Assembly (NCBI RefSeq): GCF_963921235.1
Contig: NC_086108.1
Span: forward strand, 61,692,001-61,756,000
Source: Mobula hypostoma
Taxonomy: Eukaryota
DNA: 64,000 nt
Direction: 5' to 3'
How positions within the stretch are numbered: the stretch's first letter is position 1; each line of letters opens with the position of its first letter. The translations under genes were made by a program, and so were the position numbers. This document shows positions 1-12,765 of this stretch, piece by piece. The notes below the pieces were generated by a model. It saw nothing but the letters and a program-made list of their open reading frames with translations. It searched no databases and was not told the DNA's origin.

Positions 1-689
1 GACGCCTTATCATATTTAATGATTTTTTGCTGAATGCTTTTATTCTGAAAATGAAAAAAGAATTGTTATGCCAACTTGATTGGACTCTCCACAGATGTTC
101 AATGTTTCTAAGATTTTCTGTCTGTTTCAACTTGTACAAATTTGCTTTTATCCTCTTAAACAAATGTGTCTGATTAACAATCTCATATGCACGTCTCAGG
201 TTTAAAGGCAACATTTCTGGACAAACTTCTAAAATATAACATAAATGTGTTTGTGTTGGCATGTGTGTATGCATATATTTGCACGCATGCTTGCATACCT
301 ATACACACGTACCTGCTGATACATAGTGATTAGGTTCACATACGTTTGTTCATGTGGCAGGATATTAAAGGAATTATGTCCTAGAATATGTCAGTAGTAC
401 AAGAAAATTGGGGGATGGGAGTCATGGAATCTGCTGATCAGAAGACCATTTCAAAGAGCACCCTAAATTTATGAATCTCATTACGTCACACAAACTGTAA
501 AGATACAGCATGCACTTAAAGGCTGCAACATTACAAAAGTGCAGGGAATGGAACAGGGCTGAAATAACCCAAGTTTCCCTGAATTAGAAGCATGTATCCT
601 GAAATATTGCATAACCGGTGACGTGACCCAACTACAATATCTTTTGTCTTATATCCAGTAAAGAATAAATAGAAATTGCATCTCTCGGG

Positions 690-1095
690 CAGCCCCTCTT
701 AGTCAAGGATAAATTTCTTTCAGGTGAGTCTTATGTGGGGTTCACAGGCTGTGCCACAGGTGAGTCAGCAGGAGTTTAAAACGCAGGCATGTCGATAATT
801 CTGTTTATATTATTCCCCATGTGATTGTATCATACAATCCTGAGGCACTCAGAGCTTGCATGAATTCCCTTGTTCCAGTTTGTTTGATTTGGGTCTGGGA
901 CTCCCCCAAGTCACTGAAAACATTACCTTTAAGGATACCCTTGAAGATTTTTTTCTCTCTCTCTCTCTCGCTGTTCTCTGCCGTATTGGAATGGACTGCT
1001 TGTGAAAGGATTCAGGAATCAGGTTTCAGGCTTGCAGACAATACAACCAGAGCTGGTTGCATGTGATCAGAGTCTTGATTCCGGGGTGTTGGCCA
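690..1095 (-). mobile_element. Ancient RTE-clade LINE 3' remnant
   Basis: Minus strand gives decayed ANTP..ITCNQL and KIFKGILK segments matching the RTE C-terminus. 'ctcttagtcaaggat' resembles the RTE 3' end at ~10645. Confidence 0.5.
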
Positions 1096-1104
1096 AGAGG
1101 ACAC

Positions 1105-1400
1105 TGCCATCAACTTCTATAGACGCACTGTAGTAAGTAACCTAATGCTTGCATAATGACAATGCACAGAAATGAAAGAGGCTACAAAGTGTAGTGGACA
1201 TACCTGGTCCATCATGGACACAGCCTCCCACCCCCACCACTGAAAAGATCAACATGTGCAGTCCCTCAAGAAGATGGAGCCTATATCAAGTATCCTCTCC
1301 ACCTGGGCCGTGCTCTCTTCTTTGTGCTACCATCGGGCCGGAGATACGCAAGCATGAAGTTCCTCACAACCAGCTTCAGGAATGGCAATTTCCGACTACC
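1105..1400 (+). mobile_element. Rex1/Babar LINE 3' ORF fragment
   Basis: Decayed NFYRxTV..LQxVVD..ALFxxLPSGRRYxS motifs typical of the Rex1/Babar C-terminus. Confidence 0.7.
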
Positions 1401-1417
1401 AGTGAAACAATGTTCAT

Positions 1418-1782
1418 TAGAGGGATCTCATAGAAACATGTCGAACATTGAAAGGCCCTAGATAGAGTGGATATTTCCTTTAGAGCAGGAATCCAGGACC
1501 AGAGTGCACAGCCTCAGAATAGAGTGATGTCCCTTTAGAACAGATATGTGGAGGAATTTCTCATGGTGAATCTGTGGAATTTATTGCCAGGATGGCTCTA
1601 GAGAACAAGTCATTAGGTATATCTAAAACAGGGGGTTGCTAGGTTCCTGATTAGTAAAGGTGTCAAAGGTTATGGGGAGAAGATAGGATAATGAGGTTTA
1701 GAAGGATAATAAATCAGTCATGATGGAATGGTAGAATCGATGGGCCAAATGGCCTAATTCTGCTCCTATGTCTTATGGTCTA
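1418..1782 (+). mobile_element. CR1 LINE 3' fragment
   Basis: RGDLIET motif, GTGAATCTGTGGAAT and the CR1 3' end GGCCTAATTCTGCTCCTATGTCTTATGGTCT. Confidence 0.85.
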
Positions 1783-2879
1783 ATCAATCCTATCATAGTA
1801 ACAAAACAACACCTTGCACTACAATACACTTGTTTCTTGTGGAGTTTCTTTTTGCAATATTGTCTTGTTTTGCAGAATGTGATTTATGTATAATTTATGC
1901 TCTGTGCATTGTCTCAATCTAATGATTGTGATACTGCTGCAAGTAAGTTATTGTTTCAGTACCTCATTTCACTTGTGCATATTCCGATAACCTCAATAGC
2001 CACAAGAGTTCATGATACGTCTCCAGTACTTTGAGTTATCAACTACTGGTACTCCATGTTGCCATTACATACAGCGTAGTGGGCTTCACTAGTGCTCAAC
2101 AGATCATGGGTTTTATTTCAGGGCTCTTGGTCTTCAAAGATTATTTCTACAGATCGCCCAAGGCAGCACTGGTATTGGAGGCTGTGAAAAACTTCATTAT
2201 CGATGCCATGCATCACTTAGAAAATGGTCCCTAGGGATTCACATTTTCCAGAGTCTGGCAATGGATCTCGCTTATCGGTGAGGTGTATTATGCAAGAGGG
2301 ACAGGTTTGCAGCTGACCTTTGCCTTCTGGTTGCTTAGTGTACATTCATCTTATTGAGTGCTTCAATTAAGGAGTCAGTGAAGTGCAAAAATTGTCTGCA
2401 TACTACAATTTGATGACCGAGGTTAGGATAATCTTCATTCTGGAGTGAAGATGACAAAAAGTGAATAGTTTCCTGTTTGTCTAGTGGGCTGTTGCAATGA
2501 ACAGCTTTGGGAGGCGAGGTGTATCACTGCCATGTGAAAAACTGGGAGGAGGAATGGTGCATGACACGCTCCCGTGGTTAACGAGCTGGAAGTTTTTGTT
2601 GGGTCAATAATGCAGTGGTTGAGTCTGCTCCTGGACTTTTCTTGGGCTCATCATTTGGCGAGAAACATCTTCACTGAATCTTCTGAAAACCAGAATGTAT
2701 ATTATGACTCCAAGAGGAACTTTGACCACTGGAAGCAGGCAGCCAAAGTTAATTTTACAATAACCTTTTCTAAGGCAGACAGCCTGAGCCCCCTCTGTAA
2801 CTACTACAAACAAACTTATTTCCCAGAATATGATCACAACTATTGTATTTCTGAGATCCCTAGCAGATGAGGGGGATAA

Positions 2880-3235
2880 TTTATACAGTAGTTTCTGCCA
2901 TGATTTAGTTTTTCAGCTGGGATTTCATCCATTTTGGGGACTCAATGTTACTTGGCAGGCATTTTTAGTCAAAATCCAAGTTGGGGTAGACAGTGTGTTA
3001 TACAATGGAATCAAGAACATTTGACTCAAAGATAGAGTCAGGCTTAAAATATTTCCTAAGTCTTCCTTCAAGTAGGTATACAATTGCAAAAAAAAACAAT
3101 CCTCCACCATCACTCCGTCTCCTGTTTTGGATCCAGTTTGCCAACATGCCTTAGATCCCTCAGGTCCTAGCCTACTGAACCAGTCTCCCACATGGGACCA
3201 TGTCAAAGATTTTTCTAAAGTCAATGTAAATCACA
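2880..3235 (-). mobile_element. Decayed CR1-type reverse transcriptase (RT) fragment
   Basis: Minus strand DLEKSLTWSH / ttccattgtataacacact resemble the CR1 RT region; heavily decayed. Confidence 0.45.
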
Positions 3236-3247
3236 GCTATTGTCTTC

Positions 3248-3716
3248 AGAATCAGAATCATATCACTGGCATATGTCATGCAATCGGTTGTTTTGCACTG
3301 TACGTATTAGAGGGGCATGGTAGTATACTGGTTAGCACGACACTTTACAGTACTAGCAACTTGGGTTCTATTCCGGCTGCTGTCTGTGAGGACTGTGTGG
3401 GTTTCCTCCCACAGTCCACAGACTTACCAGTTGGTAGGTTAATTGATCAATGTAAATTGTCCTGTGATTAGCTTAGGGTTAAATCAGAGGTTGCTGGTCA
3501 GTACAGCTCGAAGGGCCTATTCCATGCTGTATCTCAATAAATAAATAAATACATTGATTGATTAATAAATTAATTAGTACAAAAAGAGAACAAAAATAGC
3601 AAGATAGTGTTTATGGATTCGTTCATTGTCCATTCAGAAATCTGATGGCAAAGGAGATGCTGCTGTTCCTAAAACATTGAGTGTGTGTCTTCGGGCTCCT
3701 ATACTTCCTCTCTGAT
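3248..3716 (-). mobile_element. Rex1/Babar 3' end interrupted by a V-SINE
   Basis: (CAGAAT)n tail and 'ccattcagaaatctgatggc..ggctcctatacttcctc' are shared with the copy at 37700-37960. Confidence 0.65.
3312..3550 (+). mobile_element. tRNA-derived V-SINE (HE1-like)
   Basis: A-box-like head, B-box-like GGTTCTATTCC, V-domain GGGTTTCCTCCCACAGTCC..AGGTTAATTG, (AAAT)n tail. Confidence 0.8.
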
Positions 3717-3904
3717 TTCTGTCCTCATCAATATCTCTTTACTGTTTTTTCAAGGAATGTAATCAATTTGGTCAAATAGGATCTGCTTTTGGCAGAACCA
3801 TGTTGGCTCGCGGATTGAGAGACGGTGACTCTCTCAGTAATTATTAATCTTCCCTCAGATTTGTTCTTCCCTATCTTACCACTGCTGGCAGGGCCCAACA
3901 TGTG

Positions 3905-4215
3905 AGTGCTGAAAGCTGAAGCATTCATGAGCACGTTCAGCCAGACGAGCCAAGTGGATGATCCTTCTCAACGGCTTCTTGAGGTCCCACAATCAAAGAA
4001 GCCAGACTCCAGAAAATTTGAATCATTCCATGAAATATCAAGAAATAGCCTCAGATACTGGATACAGCAAAAGCTTATGTCTCAGGCAACATCCCAACTG
4101 CAGTCGTGAAGACCTACGCTCCAGTACCAGCTACGTCTCTAGCCACACTGGCAACACCTAGATGGATGGAACATTTCCCAGGCATGTCCTGCCCACAAAA
4201 CGCAGGGCAAATTAG
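3905..4215 (+). mobile_element. CR1/L2-group LINE ORF2 remnant (upstream of the RT core)
   Basis: KAEAFMSTFSQ..VDDPS and NIPTAVVKTYAP motifs of the pre-RT region, frameshifted. Confidence 0.6.
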
Positions 4216-4535
4216 GGGCTGCATGGTGATGTATCTTGTAATCCACAGCGATATATTACCAGAGACTCAGGTTCAATCTTGCCCTTGAGTGCCACACATT
4301 CTCTGCACGCTGCCAGTTCCACTCTTGTCAATCAACAATGTTAATTTGAAGACACAATTTGGAGCAGAAACAAATCTTTTGGCAGAACTCATACAGGGTT
4401 TCGCCTGAAACATGGTCAATGCTTTTACCCCCTCAGATGGATCCTGATCTTCTGAATTTATCCAGCGCTTTATCTTTTGCACCATTTTTAAGCTCCAACC
4501 CCTCCCCTCCCCACCAACACCAAATCACCAGCATA

Positions 4536-4926
4536 TACAGCATTGTGCAGAAGTCTCAGGCACATGTAAAATAATTCTGTAAAGCCAAGATTCTTTCAAA
4601 AATAATGAAATGAAAAGCTTCTAAATATCAAAACAAAATACTATAAGCAGCAGTAAATGAAATCAATATTTGGTGTGCCTTTAAAACTGCATTAATTCTC
4701 TCAGGGACTGTCCTGCAGCTTTATAAGAAAATTTGCTAGTAGGTTGTTCTAAGCATCTGGAGAACTTGCCACAGTTCTTCTGCAGATTTTGGCTGTCTCA
4801 CTTTCTTCTGTCCCTTCAAGTAATCCCAGACAGCCTCGAAGATATTGAGATTAGGGTTCTGTGGAGGCCATACCATCAGAAACCATTTAAAAATCCAGGG
4901 TGTCTAAGACTGTACACAGTGCCATA
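4536..4926 (-). mobile_element. Internally deleted Tc1/mariner element
   Basis: Degenerate terminal inverted repeats (TIRs) TACAGCATTGTGCAGAAGTCTCAGGCAC and GTGTCTAAGACTGTACACAGTG. Minus strand encodes VWPPQNPNLNIFEAVWDYLK..KSAEELWQVLQ (Tc1 WPxxSPDLNxIE motif). Confidence 0.8.
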
Positions 4927-5145
4927 GCTTTTGCTACCAAGTTCTTAATTCAGAAATTCATTTGTTAGTGTCTCCAGCTCTATGCATCTCCCTCCTCCTT
5001 TACCACACCCTCTGTATCTTCGTTGTCCAAATAGCCTTTCCTAATGTCTCATCTAGAAACAATGTCAAATTTTGTTTGATAATACCCCTGTGAAGTTCTT
5101 TGGAATGCCTCCCTACTTTAGCAGTAGTGTTTAAATACAAGTTAC
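4927..5145 (+). mobile_element. L2 LINE 3' end remnant
   Basis: 'tgtcaaattttgtttgataatacccctgtgaagttctttgga..aaatacaagtt' resembles an L2 3' terminus. Confidence 0.5.
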
Positions 5146-5194
5146 TCATTTTCATAAATGCTCTTTGGTACTGTGGATTGCTAATTTCCAATTC

Positions 5195-8100
5195 CTTTTT
5201 TTGTAATTTAGTTTTTATTGAAGTTCATCATTAAACAAACATTTCCATAAGATGTATTTCAGATATTGTTCATATATATATCATATAATCATACTTGCAA
5301 CAAATCTCCACATAATATTTAACTGTGGTATACACCTATAGAAAAGAGAGGAAAGAAAGAACAAGCAAATGGAGAAAACTATGTACAAGTAGGGCGTGAT
5401 TTTCTTTACAACATATTCATTGATTTGTGAGAATAAAATCAGGCCTATGAGGTGTTATGTAGTTGAACCGTTTTTCCCAGTATGAATCAAATTGCTCTAA
5501 CTTATGATTTAAATGTCCATTGTAATTTCCATCCATGCGTTTAAAGTTGGGCTCTCCTGTGATAACCATTTCCTAGTAAGAGTCCCTTTACCAGCCACCA
5601 GCAGTATATTCAAAATATTTATCTCTTTTCAACCATTCTTAAGGTACATTCCCAAAATATATGGTCTTACTTTCCAAGGGTATCTCACATTTAAAAATAT
5701 CCTGTAGGGTATTTTGTATCCCACTCCAATTGTCTTTGATAACGGGGCAATCCCAGAAAATATGATAATAATTTGCATTTTGATTTCCACAATTTCTCCA
5801 GCAAACAGGGAGGTTACTATCATAATGGGATTTCTGAGAGGGTGTAATAAAATATCTTATCAAGTTTTTCCATCCAAATTCCCTCCATTTCTGTGAACTG
5901 GTACATTTCCATTGATACCTCCATATTATTGTCCATTCTTCCTTAGATATAATTATCTCTCCTTCCTTCTCCCATTTTGTTTTAATGTATGAAGTCGAAT
6001 GTGTTTTAAGATTTGACAAACCCTTATACACACTGAATTATATGTTTTACTAAATAGCTCTATCACACATGTATTTGCCTTGGTTACATCTTTAACCCTC
6101 CTATTAACATACTGTCGCATCTGCAGATACCGATAAACGTCTTGTTTTTCTAAGAAGTGTTTCTCTTTAAGCATTTCTAAACTGAACAGTGTTCCTTCTT
6201 TCATTATATTGCAACGAACTGTTATTCCTTTAGCTGTCCAGTCTTTAAATCTAGCATCCAGTTTATTCGGTATAAAATCCGAGTCATATGCACACCATTT
6301 AAGAATTGCAATATCTCCCTCTAGTTTATATTCTTTTATAATAGTTTTCCATATTTTAAGAGTCCATTTCACCCATGGATTATCAATAATATTTATGTAC
6401 CTTTGTAGGTTGTTATCAGCCAAAATTTCCTGTATGGGGATGGGAAGTATCCCCTCCTCAATGTTTTTCCATTGAGCGTCACATGATGGGTCGCACCAGC
6501 ATATCGCGGCTCTCAACTGTGCTGCAAAATAATAATCTCTAAGAGAAGGTAGGCCCCGTCCCCCCTTTTCCTTGGCTAATTGCAAAGTTTTGAGACGAAC
6601 TCTAGGCCTTTTACCTTGCCATTTATATCTTGATAACATTTTGTTCCATTCATTGAATTGATTCTGATTAATCTCTGTTGGTAGGGTCTGAAAGAGATAT
6701 AATAGTCTGGGCAATATATTTATTTTAATAGAATCAATCCTTGAACTGAGACTAAAAAAAGGAAGTAGGTTCCATCTTGTTATATCTTCCTTCTTTTTAT
6801 ATATAGGTTGATAATTGCATTCTGATAATTTTGACAATTTTTTTGGCATGATGATGCCCAAATATTTGAAAGACTCTGTTTGCCATGCCCAGGGATATCT
6901 ACTTTCAACTTCTCTTCGTGAGCTATAGCTATATGAAAGTAATTGGGTTTTATCTATGTTGATCTTGTATCCTGATAATTGACCATATTGTTCAAAGGAT
7001 TGCATCAATTTAGGTAAAGAGTATGTTGATTGCTCCAGATAGATCAAAATGTCATCCACCTAACAGGCCAATTTATGCTCTGTCCCTTTAATAGTAATTC
7101 CCCTGATATCTTCATTTTGTCTGATGTATTGAGCTAATGGTTCCAGATATAATGCGAAGAGTAACGGTGACCATGCACAACCCTGTCTCGTGCCCCTTTC
7201 TAGGATAAAACTATTTGATAAATATCCATTGATTTTAATCCTAGCAGTAGGGTTGTCAATATAGTGCCTGTATAGTTTTAATAATTGTGTCATGGAAACC
7301 AAATCTACATAAAAGTCTGTAAAGAAAATTCCAATTAACTGAATCAAATGCCTTTTCAGTGTCCACGCTTATCACTATTGCTTCGATTTTATTTTTTTGT
7401 ATATGATCCATAATGTGAAGTGTCCTTTGTATATTGTTGTGTTTGGCGTTGTTATATAAAACCTGTCTGATCCTTATGTATCAGTATGGGAAGAAACTCT
7501 TCTAATTGTTTGGCCATGATGGAGGTAAATAATCTATAAACAACAGTAAGAACGGATATTGGTCTAAATGACCCACGTTCCATTTTATCCTTGCCTTCTT
7601 TTGGTATAGCTGAGATTATCGCTTCCTTCCAGTTGGGTGGCATTTGTGCCTCTTTTAGAGCCCAGTTCAGTGTGGGAAGTAAGACAGGAATTAACTCTAG
7701 AGAATTCAGGAAAGTGTCAATTTGGATTATGCTTCCCCCTGGAACTTTGGAATATAGATTTTTGTAAAACACTTCAAAAGCTTCTTGAGTTTCACTTAGC
7801 TTATTTTTTTAACATTTTTGTTCTTGGATCCCTAATTCTATAAATTGTATTTTTTGCTATCTTTTTCTTCAGTTTCCATGCCAGTATTTTCATAGACTTA
7901 GATCCACTTTTATAATGTCTCTGTTTCAGAAACGTTAAATTTTTCCTGATGTCTTGCATAGCCAAACTATTACTTTCATTCCTAATTTTTTTAATTTCCT
8001 CTAATGTATCCTGTGCCAAATTCAATTTGTGTTTTTTTCTTGTTCCTTCAGCCTACTTTGTAATTCCTCTAATGCTTTATTCCTTATTTTTTTCTTATAT

Positions 8101-9484
8101 GAAGATATTGCTATAATTTTCCCTCTTAAGACAGCCTTCAGAGTATCCCATAGAATGGGAGGTGAAGCCTCTCCATTATCATTGAGTTCTAAGTAAAGAC
8201 CAATTTCTTTCTTAATTTCTTCCTTAGAGTAGGGATCATTGAGTAGACTTGAATTTAGGCTACGTCCACACTAGACCGGATAATTTTGAAAACGTCAGTT
8301 TTGCGTAAAAACGATAGGCATCCACACCAGGTGTTTTTAAAAATATCTCCGTCCACAGTAGAATAGATATTTGGGTGAATCTCCTCCTACTGGGCAGGTG
8401 CAGGACACACAGAAAACAAGCAAAGAGGAAACAGTATACTTGGTGAGCGTTTATCCAGCTACAGACTAGAAAAACTTAAAAGGAATTGCTGTTGGCTCTC
8501 GCGCAGGAGGACTTAAAACTAAAAAAAAACAAATACTGGAGCATATGGAGGCAACCGACAGGGAGTTCATGGACAGTATGACCCAGCTGATGACGAGCAT
8601 TGAAAAACTGATTAACTCTGTTGCATTGATAAAGCGCCTTGTTAAATGTACAAAACATGTCTGCATCAATGTTATCTTGTATTTCCATATAACGTTACAT
8701 TAGGCTATTACACATTATTGTCAGTGAAGTACATGCATAAATAGGTAAACCACTTTCATACAAGCAAGGACAGAAAACAGGGCAAAGTGAGTATACCTAT
8801 TTATTCAGTAAGCTATGGGTCAAAGTGTTTGGTGAGTGCATTTCTAACTCTTCTGGCTTCAGTCTCGTTGCCGTCCGTTCTGAAATTATTAGGTTGTGTG
8901 GAGGGTTGCGTTCAAGAAAACAATGAAATGCCGCGCTGTCGCCATCTGTTCCAGCACGTCATGACAGCGGTTTAAAATATCTGTTTACCCCGTCCACACT
9001 GCTCTGCACAATTGGCGTTTTCAAATTTACACACTCTGGAGGGCGTTTTAGAAAATATCCGTTTTTGGGGGAGGAAAACGCCAGTTCAGTGTGGTCAAAA
9101 TGAAGAGAAAAAGCTTTGGTTACAGATTTATCCAGTCTAATGTGGACATAGCCTTAGTTTCCAAATAATATTCTTTGGTTGTTGGTCAAAATCAACAGAT
9201 AAATATATAGGTGCATGGTCACTTACATCTGTTGTCCCAATTCCACAGATGTTTATCTTGTCTTTGTCTTTTCCAAATGTTATGAAATACTCTTCTTGGA
9301 TATACAGAGTGGGGTCAGAATAATGAGTGTAATCCCTTCTGTCGGGGAAAAGGTCCCTCCATATATCAATTAAACGAACATCTTCAAAAAGTGTTTTAAC
9401 TCTCTTATGTAAGGATTTTGTTTCATAATTTTTTCTATTGGAAGAGTCTAACTTTGGTTGGAATTGTAAATTTAAGTCTCCCCT
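5195..9484 (-). mobile_element. 5'-truncated L1-clade LINE (decayed endonuclease-RT-zinc finger ORF2)
   Basis: ORFs with [47 protein letters not shown] and CWRNC..HIFWDC. AATAAA plus poly(A) at ~5195-5220. 14-bp TSD CTAATTTCCAATTC at 5181-5194 and 9485-9498. Confidence 0.95.
8258..9153. mobile_element. Non-autonomous PIF/Harbinger DNA transposon nested in the L1
   Basis: TIRs GGCTACGTCCACACTAGACCGGATAA and TTATCCAGTCTAATGTGGACATAGCC; TTA TSD at 8255-8257 and 9154-9156. Removing it restores the L1 motif WKLNSSLL. Confidence 0.9.
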
Positions 9485-9775
9485 CTAATTTCCAATTCTA
9501 TAAAATATCTTTAATAGCTATTATAAAATCCTCTGAATTTTAATATGACTCATTATCCCTCGCTAATTGCATAATGCTGATCCATTATAGAATAAAAAAT
9601 AGGCCAAGATCCAACAAATCAAGGTGACCACTGTATGAGACACCTTGTTTAAAAGTGAAGAGGAATGGGGGTAAATATAGAATAATAACATCAACATTCC
9701 AAGCAAAGAACTCAGCACCAGGACTATGAAACAATGTACAATCCACCTTGAAGCAGATATGAACTGGATAATGAA

Positions 9776-10385
9776 CATTCAAATATTCAATATTCAATTC
9801 AAAAAACTTTATTGTCAATCTAACCATACATCAGCTCTGCAGGGCAGAATGAGACAGCATTCCTCAGAGACAGTGCAATCATAACATAACACGCTAAATA
9901 ATAAACATAACAATAAATAGTAAAACACAACAGCCACATGTCAGTTAAAATCAGTTATAAGTGTCCAGTGCAAGTTAAAAGTGTCCAAAGCAGAGTCAGG
10001 TGGAGCAGCTATTTAGCAGTCTGACTGCCTGTGGGAGGAAGCTGTTTAGTAGCCTTGTGGTTTTAGTTTTGATGCTCCTGTAACGTTTGCCTGATGGCAG
10101 AAGAACAAACAGTTCATGGGGAGGGTGTGAGGGTCTTTAATGATGTACCGTGTCTTCTGGAGGCATCGACTCTGAAAGAAGTCTTGGACAGAAGGTAAGG
10201 AGACCCCAGTAACCTTCTCTGCTCCCCTAACCACCCTCTGCAAGGCTTTTTTGTCGACAGCACTGCAGCTGGAGTACCAGGTTGTGATGCAAAAGGTCAG
10301 CACACTCCCAACCACGCCTCTGTAGAATGTAGTTAAGATGTTAGTGGGGAGTGATTCTTGTTTAAGCTTCCTCAGAAAGTGTAAT
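9776..10385 (-). mobile_element. Rex1/Babar LINE 3' fragment
   Basis: [38 protein letters not shown]..; AATAAA and an (ATTCAA)-like tail. Confidence 0.85.
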
Positions 10386-10632
10386 CTGAAACTCAAATAA
10401 GTCCAAATTGTAAACGCAGCAGTAAAAGTTAAAACGAGTTAATACTAGTCTGTTCTGATCCTTCCCACGGCCCTTGGCCGGCCTGAAATATTACTAAAAC
10501 AAGTGTTAACTGTCAACTAGGAACAACATACTGCCAATCCTTAAGAACTCTAATAAATCCTAACAATAGGTTTCAAAAGTGGTGAACATAGGTGCCTAAG
10601 AAGAACACAGGGAGGAGGGTGAGCACTGAGAT

Positions 10633-12347
10633 CGTCATGGCTATCCCTCGAGGTCAAGGATGATGGTCTTTGTTCTGTTGATCTACTTACGGGCTCTCAA
10701 GTGGCTTATGAGTCCAACCTTGGCTTTGAAAGTTCTTCCGCATTCAGGACAGGTAGTTCCAGATGGCAGATCGGGCTTTGGTTGTTGCTGCCTCTCTTTA
10801 CATTTTCTTCTCTTTTCTTCTAATTCTGCACACCTGTTGGCTTTGAAAGTTGCTGTTCCTTCTCGGATGATGGCTTGCCAGAGTTTCCTGTCCTTGGCAT
10901 TGGTTTCCCAGTTGTTGATGTCAATGTTACCTTTCTTCATGTTGGCTTTTAAGACGTCTTTGAATCTCTTCTGTTGTCTGCTCTTTTACGTTTGCCTTCT
11001 TTAAGCTGGGAGTAGAAGATTTATTTCGGCAGACATTTGTCTTTCATCCGAACAACATGACCGCTCCATCTTAGTTGGTTCTTGATGACGTAGGCTTCAA
11101 TGTTTGTTGTTTTTGCTTCATTCAGCACACTGACATTGGTTCTTCTATCTTCCCAGCTGATACTTAAGATGTTTTGAAGACAGCGTTGATAGAACTTTTC
11201 AAGTGTCTTCAGATGTTGTCGGTATGTTGTCCAGGTTTCTGATGCATACAGGAGGGTTGGGATTACCACTGCTTTCTACACTAACATTTTGGTATCTGGT
11301 CAGATGTCACGATCATGAAAGACTCTTGTTCGGAGACGTCCAAAAGCTGTTCCAGCGCATTTTAGACAATGTTGGATCTCGTCAGTAAGGTCGACATTGG
11401 AGGAGAGGTGACTTCCAGGATATGGGAAATGGTCCACGTTTTCCAGGGTTGTTTCACCAAGTTGAATTGATGGTTCTATCTGACTTGTTTCAATTGGTGA
11501 CGGTTGATAGATGATCTTGGAATTGATGGTAAGTCCAAGTTTCGCGTATGCACGGTTGAAGGCAGTCAGAATCTGTTGTAGGTGGATTTCTGAAAGAGCT
11601 GCAACACTGTTGTCATCTGCGTATTGGAACTCGATGAGGGAACTCGAGGATGTCTTCGTTTTGGAATGTGATTAACAACATACCAAAACAGCCCGTTGAC
11701 GACTCCCTAAGCAAAATACCAACACTTGAAGAAGTCAAGGAAGCCATCAAAACCTTGAAAAACAACAAGGCCGCTGGACTCGATGGAATACCAGCCGAGG
11801 TCTACATAATTGGAGGTAACCTGCTTCATTATCAACTGCATCAACTTCTCATCAAGATCTGGATAAATGAAGACGTACCAGCAGACTTTAGAGACTCAGC
11901 AATCGTTACCATCTACAAAAGGAAAGGTGATCGATCCAAATGCGGAAACTATCATGGAATTTCCCTGTTAGCAACAGCAGGAAAGATCCTCACCTGTATC
12001 ATGAACAACCGGCTCAAGCCTTTAGCTGAGAAGATCCTTCCGGAGACACAAGCTGGTTTTAGACCACATGTGGAGCAATCGACATGATCTTCACAATGTG
12101 ACAACTACAAGATAAGTATCGTGAACAACTTCAACCTTTGTACATGGCATTCATAAACCTCACCAAAGCCTTTGACTCGATATCAAGGGAACTCCTATGG
12201 GATGTCCTATCCACCTATGGATGCCCTGAAAAGTACATTCAAATCCTGAGCCTCCTCCACGATGGCATGTTTGCCACAGTCATGGTCAGCAACAGTAACT
12301 GTGAGCCTCTTCAAGTTAGATCAGGAGTAAAACAGGGATGCGCAATT
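10633..12347 (-). mobile_element. RTE-clade LINE with 5' inversion
   Basis: 10633-~11668 minus: EFQYADD, LLYASETWT, QLRWSGHVVRM, CPECGRTF zinc finger. ~11665-12347 plus: GLDGIPAE, NYHGISLL, QAGFRP, NLTKAFDS, GVKQGC. TSD GCACTGAGAT at 10623-10632 and 12348-12357. Confidence 0.9.
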
Positions 12348-12479
12348 GCACTGAGATAGGGGGCAGATTAAAGACTAACAGTGGAGAAAAAGAAAGCTAG
12401 GACTAAGCCCATGGAAACTGCAGTTTGGATCAGGAAGAAAGAGAGGGAATCAAGATCCCAGTAAAGTTTCACAATCAGG

Positions 12480-12765
12480 TTCCTCCAGGCTGATCAGCTC
12501 CTCCACCCACTAACACACCCCTCCACAGCCCACCCTCCACAACTACTTTATCATTATCTGTCAGTCACTTTATGCACAGATGCTCCTGTACCTAGCGTCA
12601 GTTTATGGAAATGCAATCAATATATCTAAGCTATCTTATATTATTATATTTATTGCATTTTTTATTATTGTGTATTTTTTGTGCTGCATCAGATCAGGAA
12701 TAACAATTATTTCATTCTCCTTAACAGTTGTGTCCTGGAAATGACATCAAACAATCTTGAATCTA
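12480..12765 (+). mobile_element. Rex1/Babar-type 3' UTR fragment
   Basis: Ends 'gaaatgacatcaaacaatcttgaatct', like other Rex1-type tails in this window. Confidence 0.5.

Noticed and set aside
721..770. Twin CAG|GTGAGT donors and TGAGTCAGCA antioxidant-response motif
   Set aside because: Lies in a decayed RTE remnant; short motifs without other support.
2574..2870. 98-aa ORF as a host gene
   Set aside because: GTG start, no domain similarity, and a length expected by chance.
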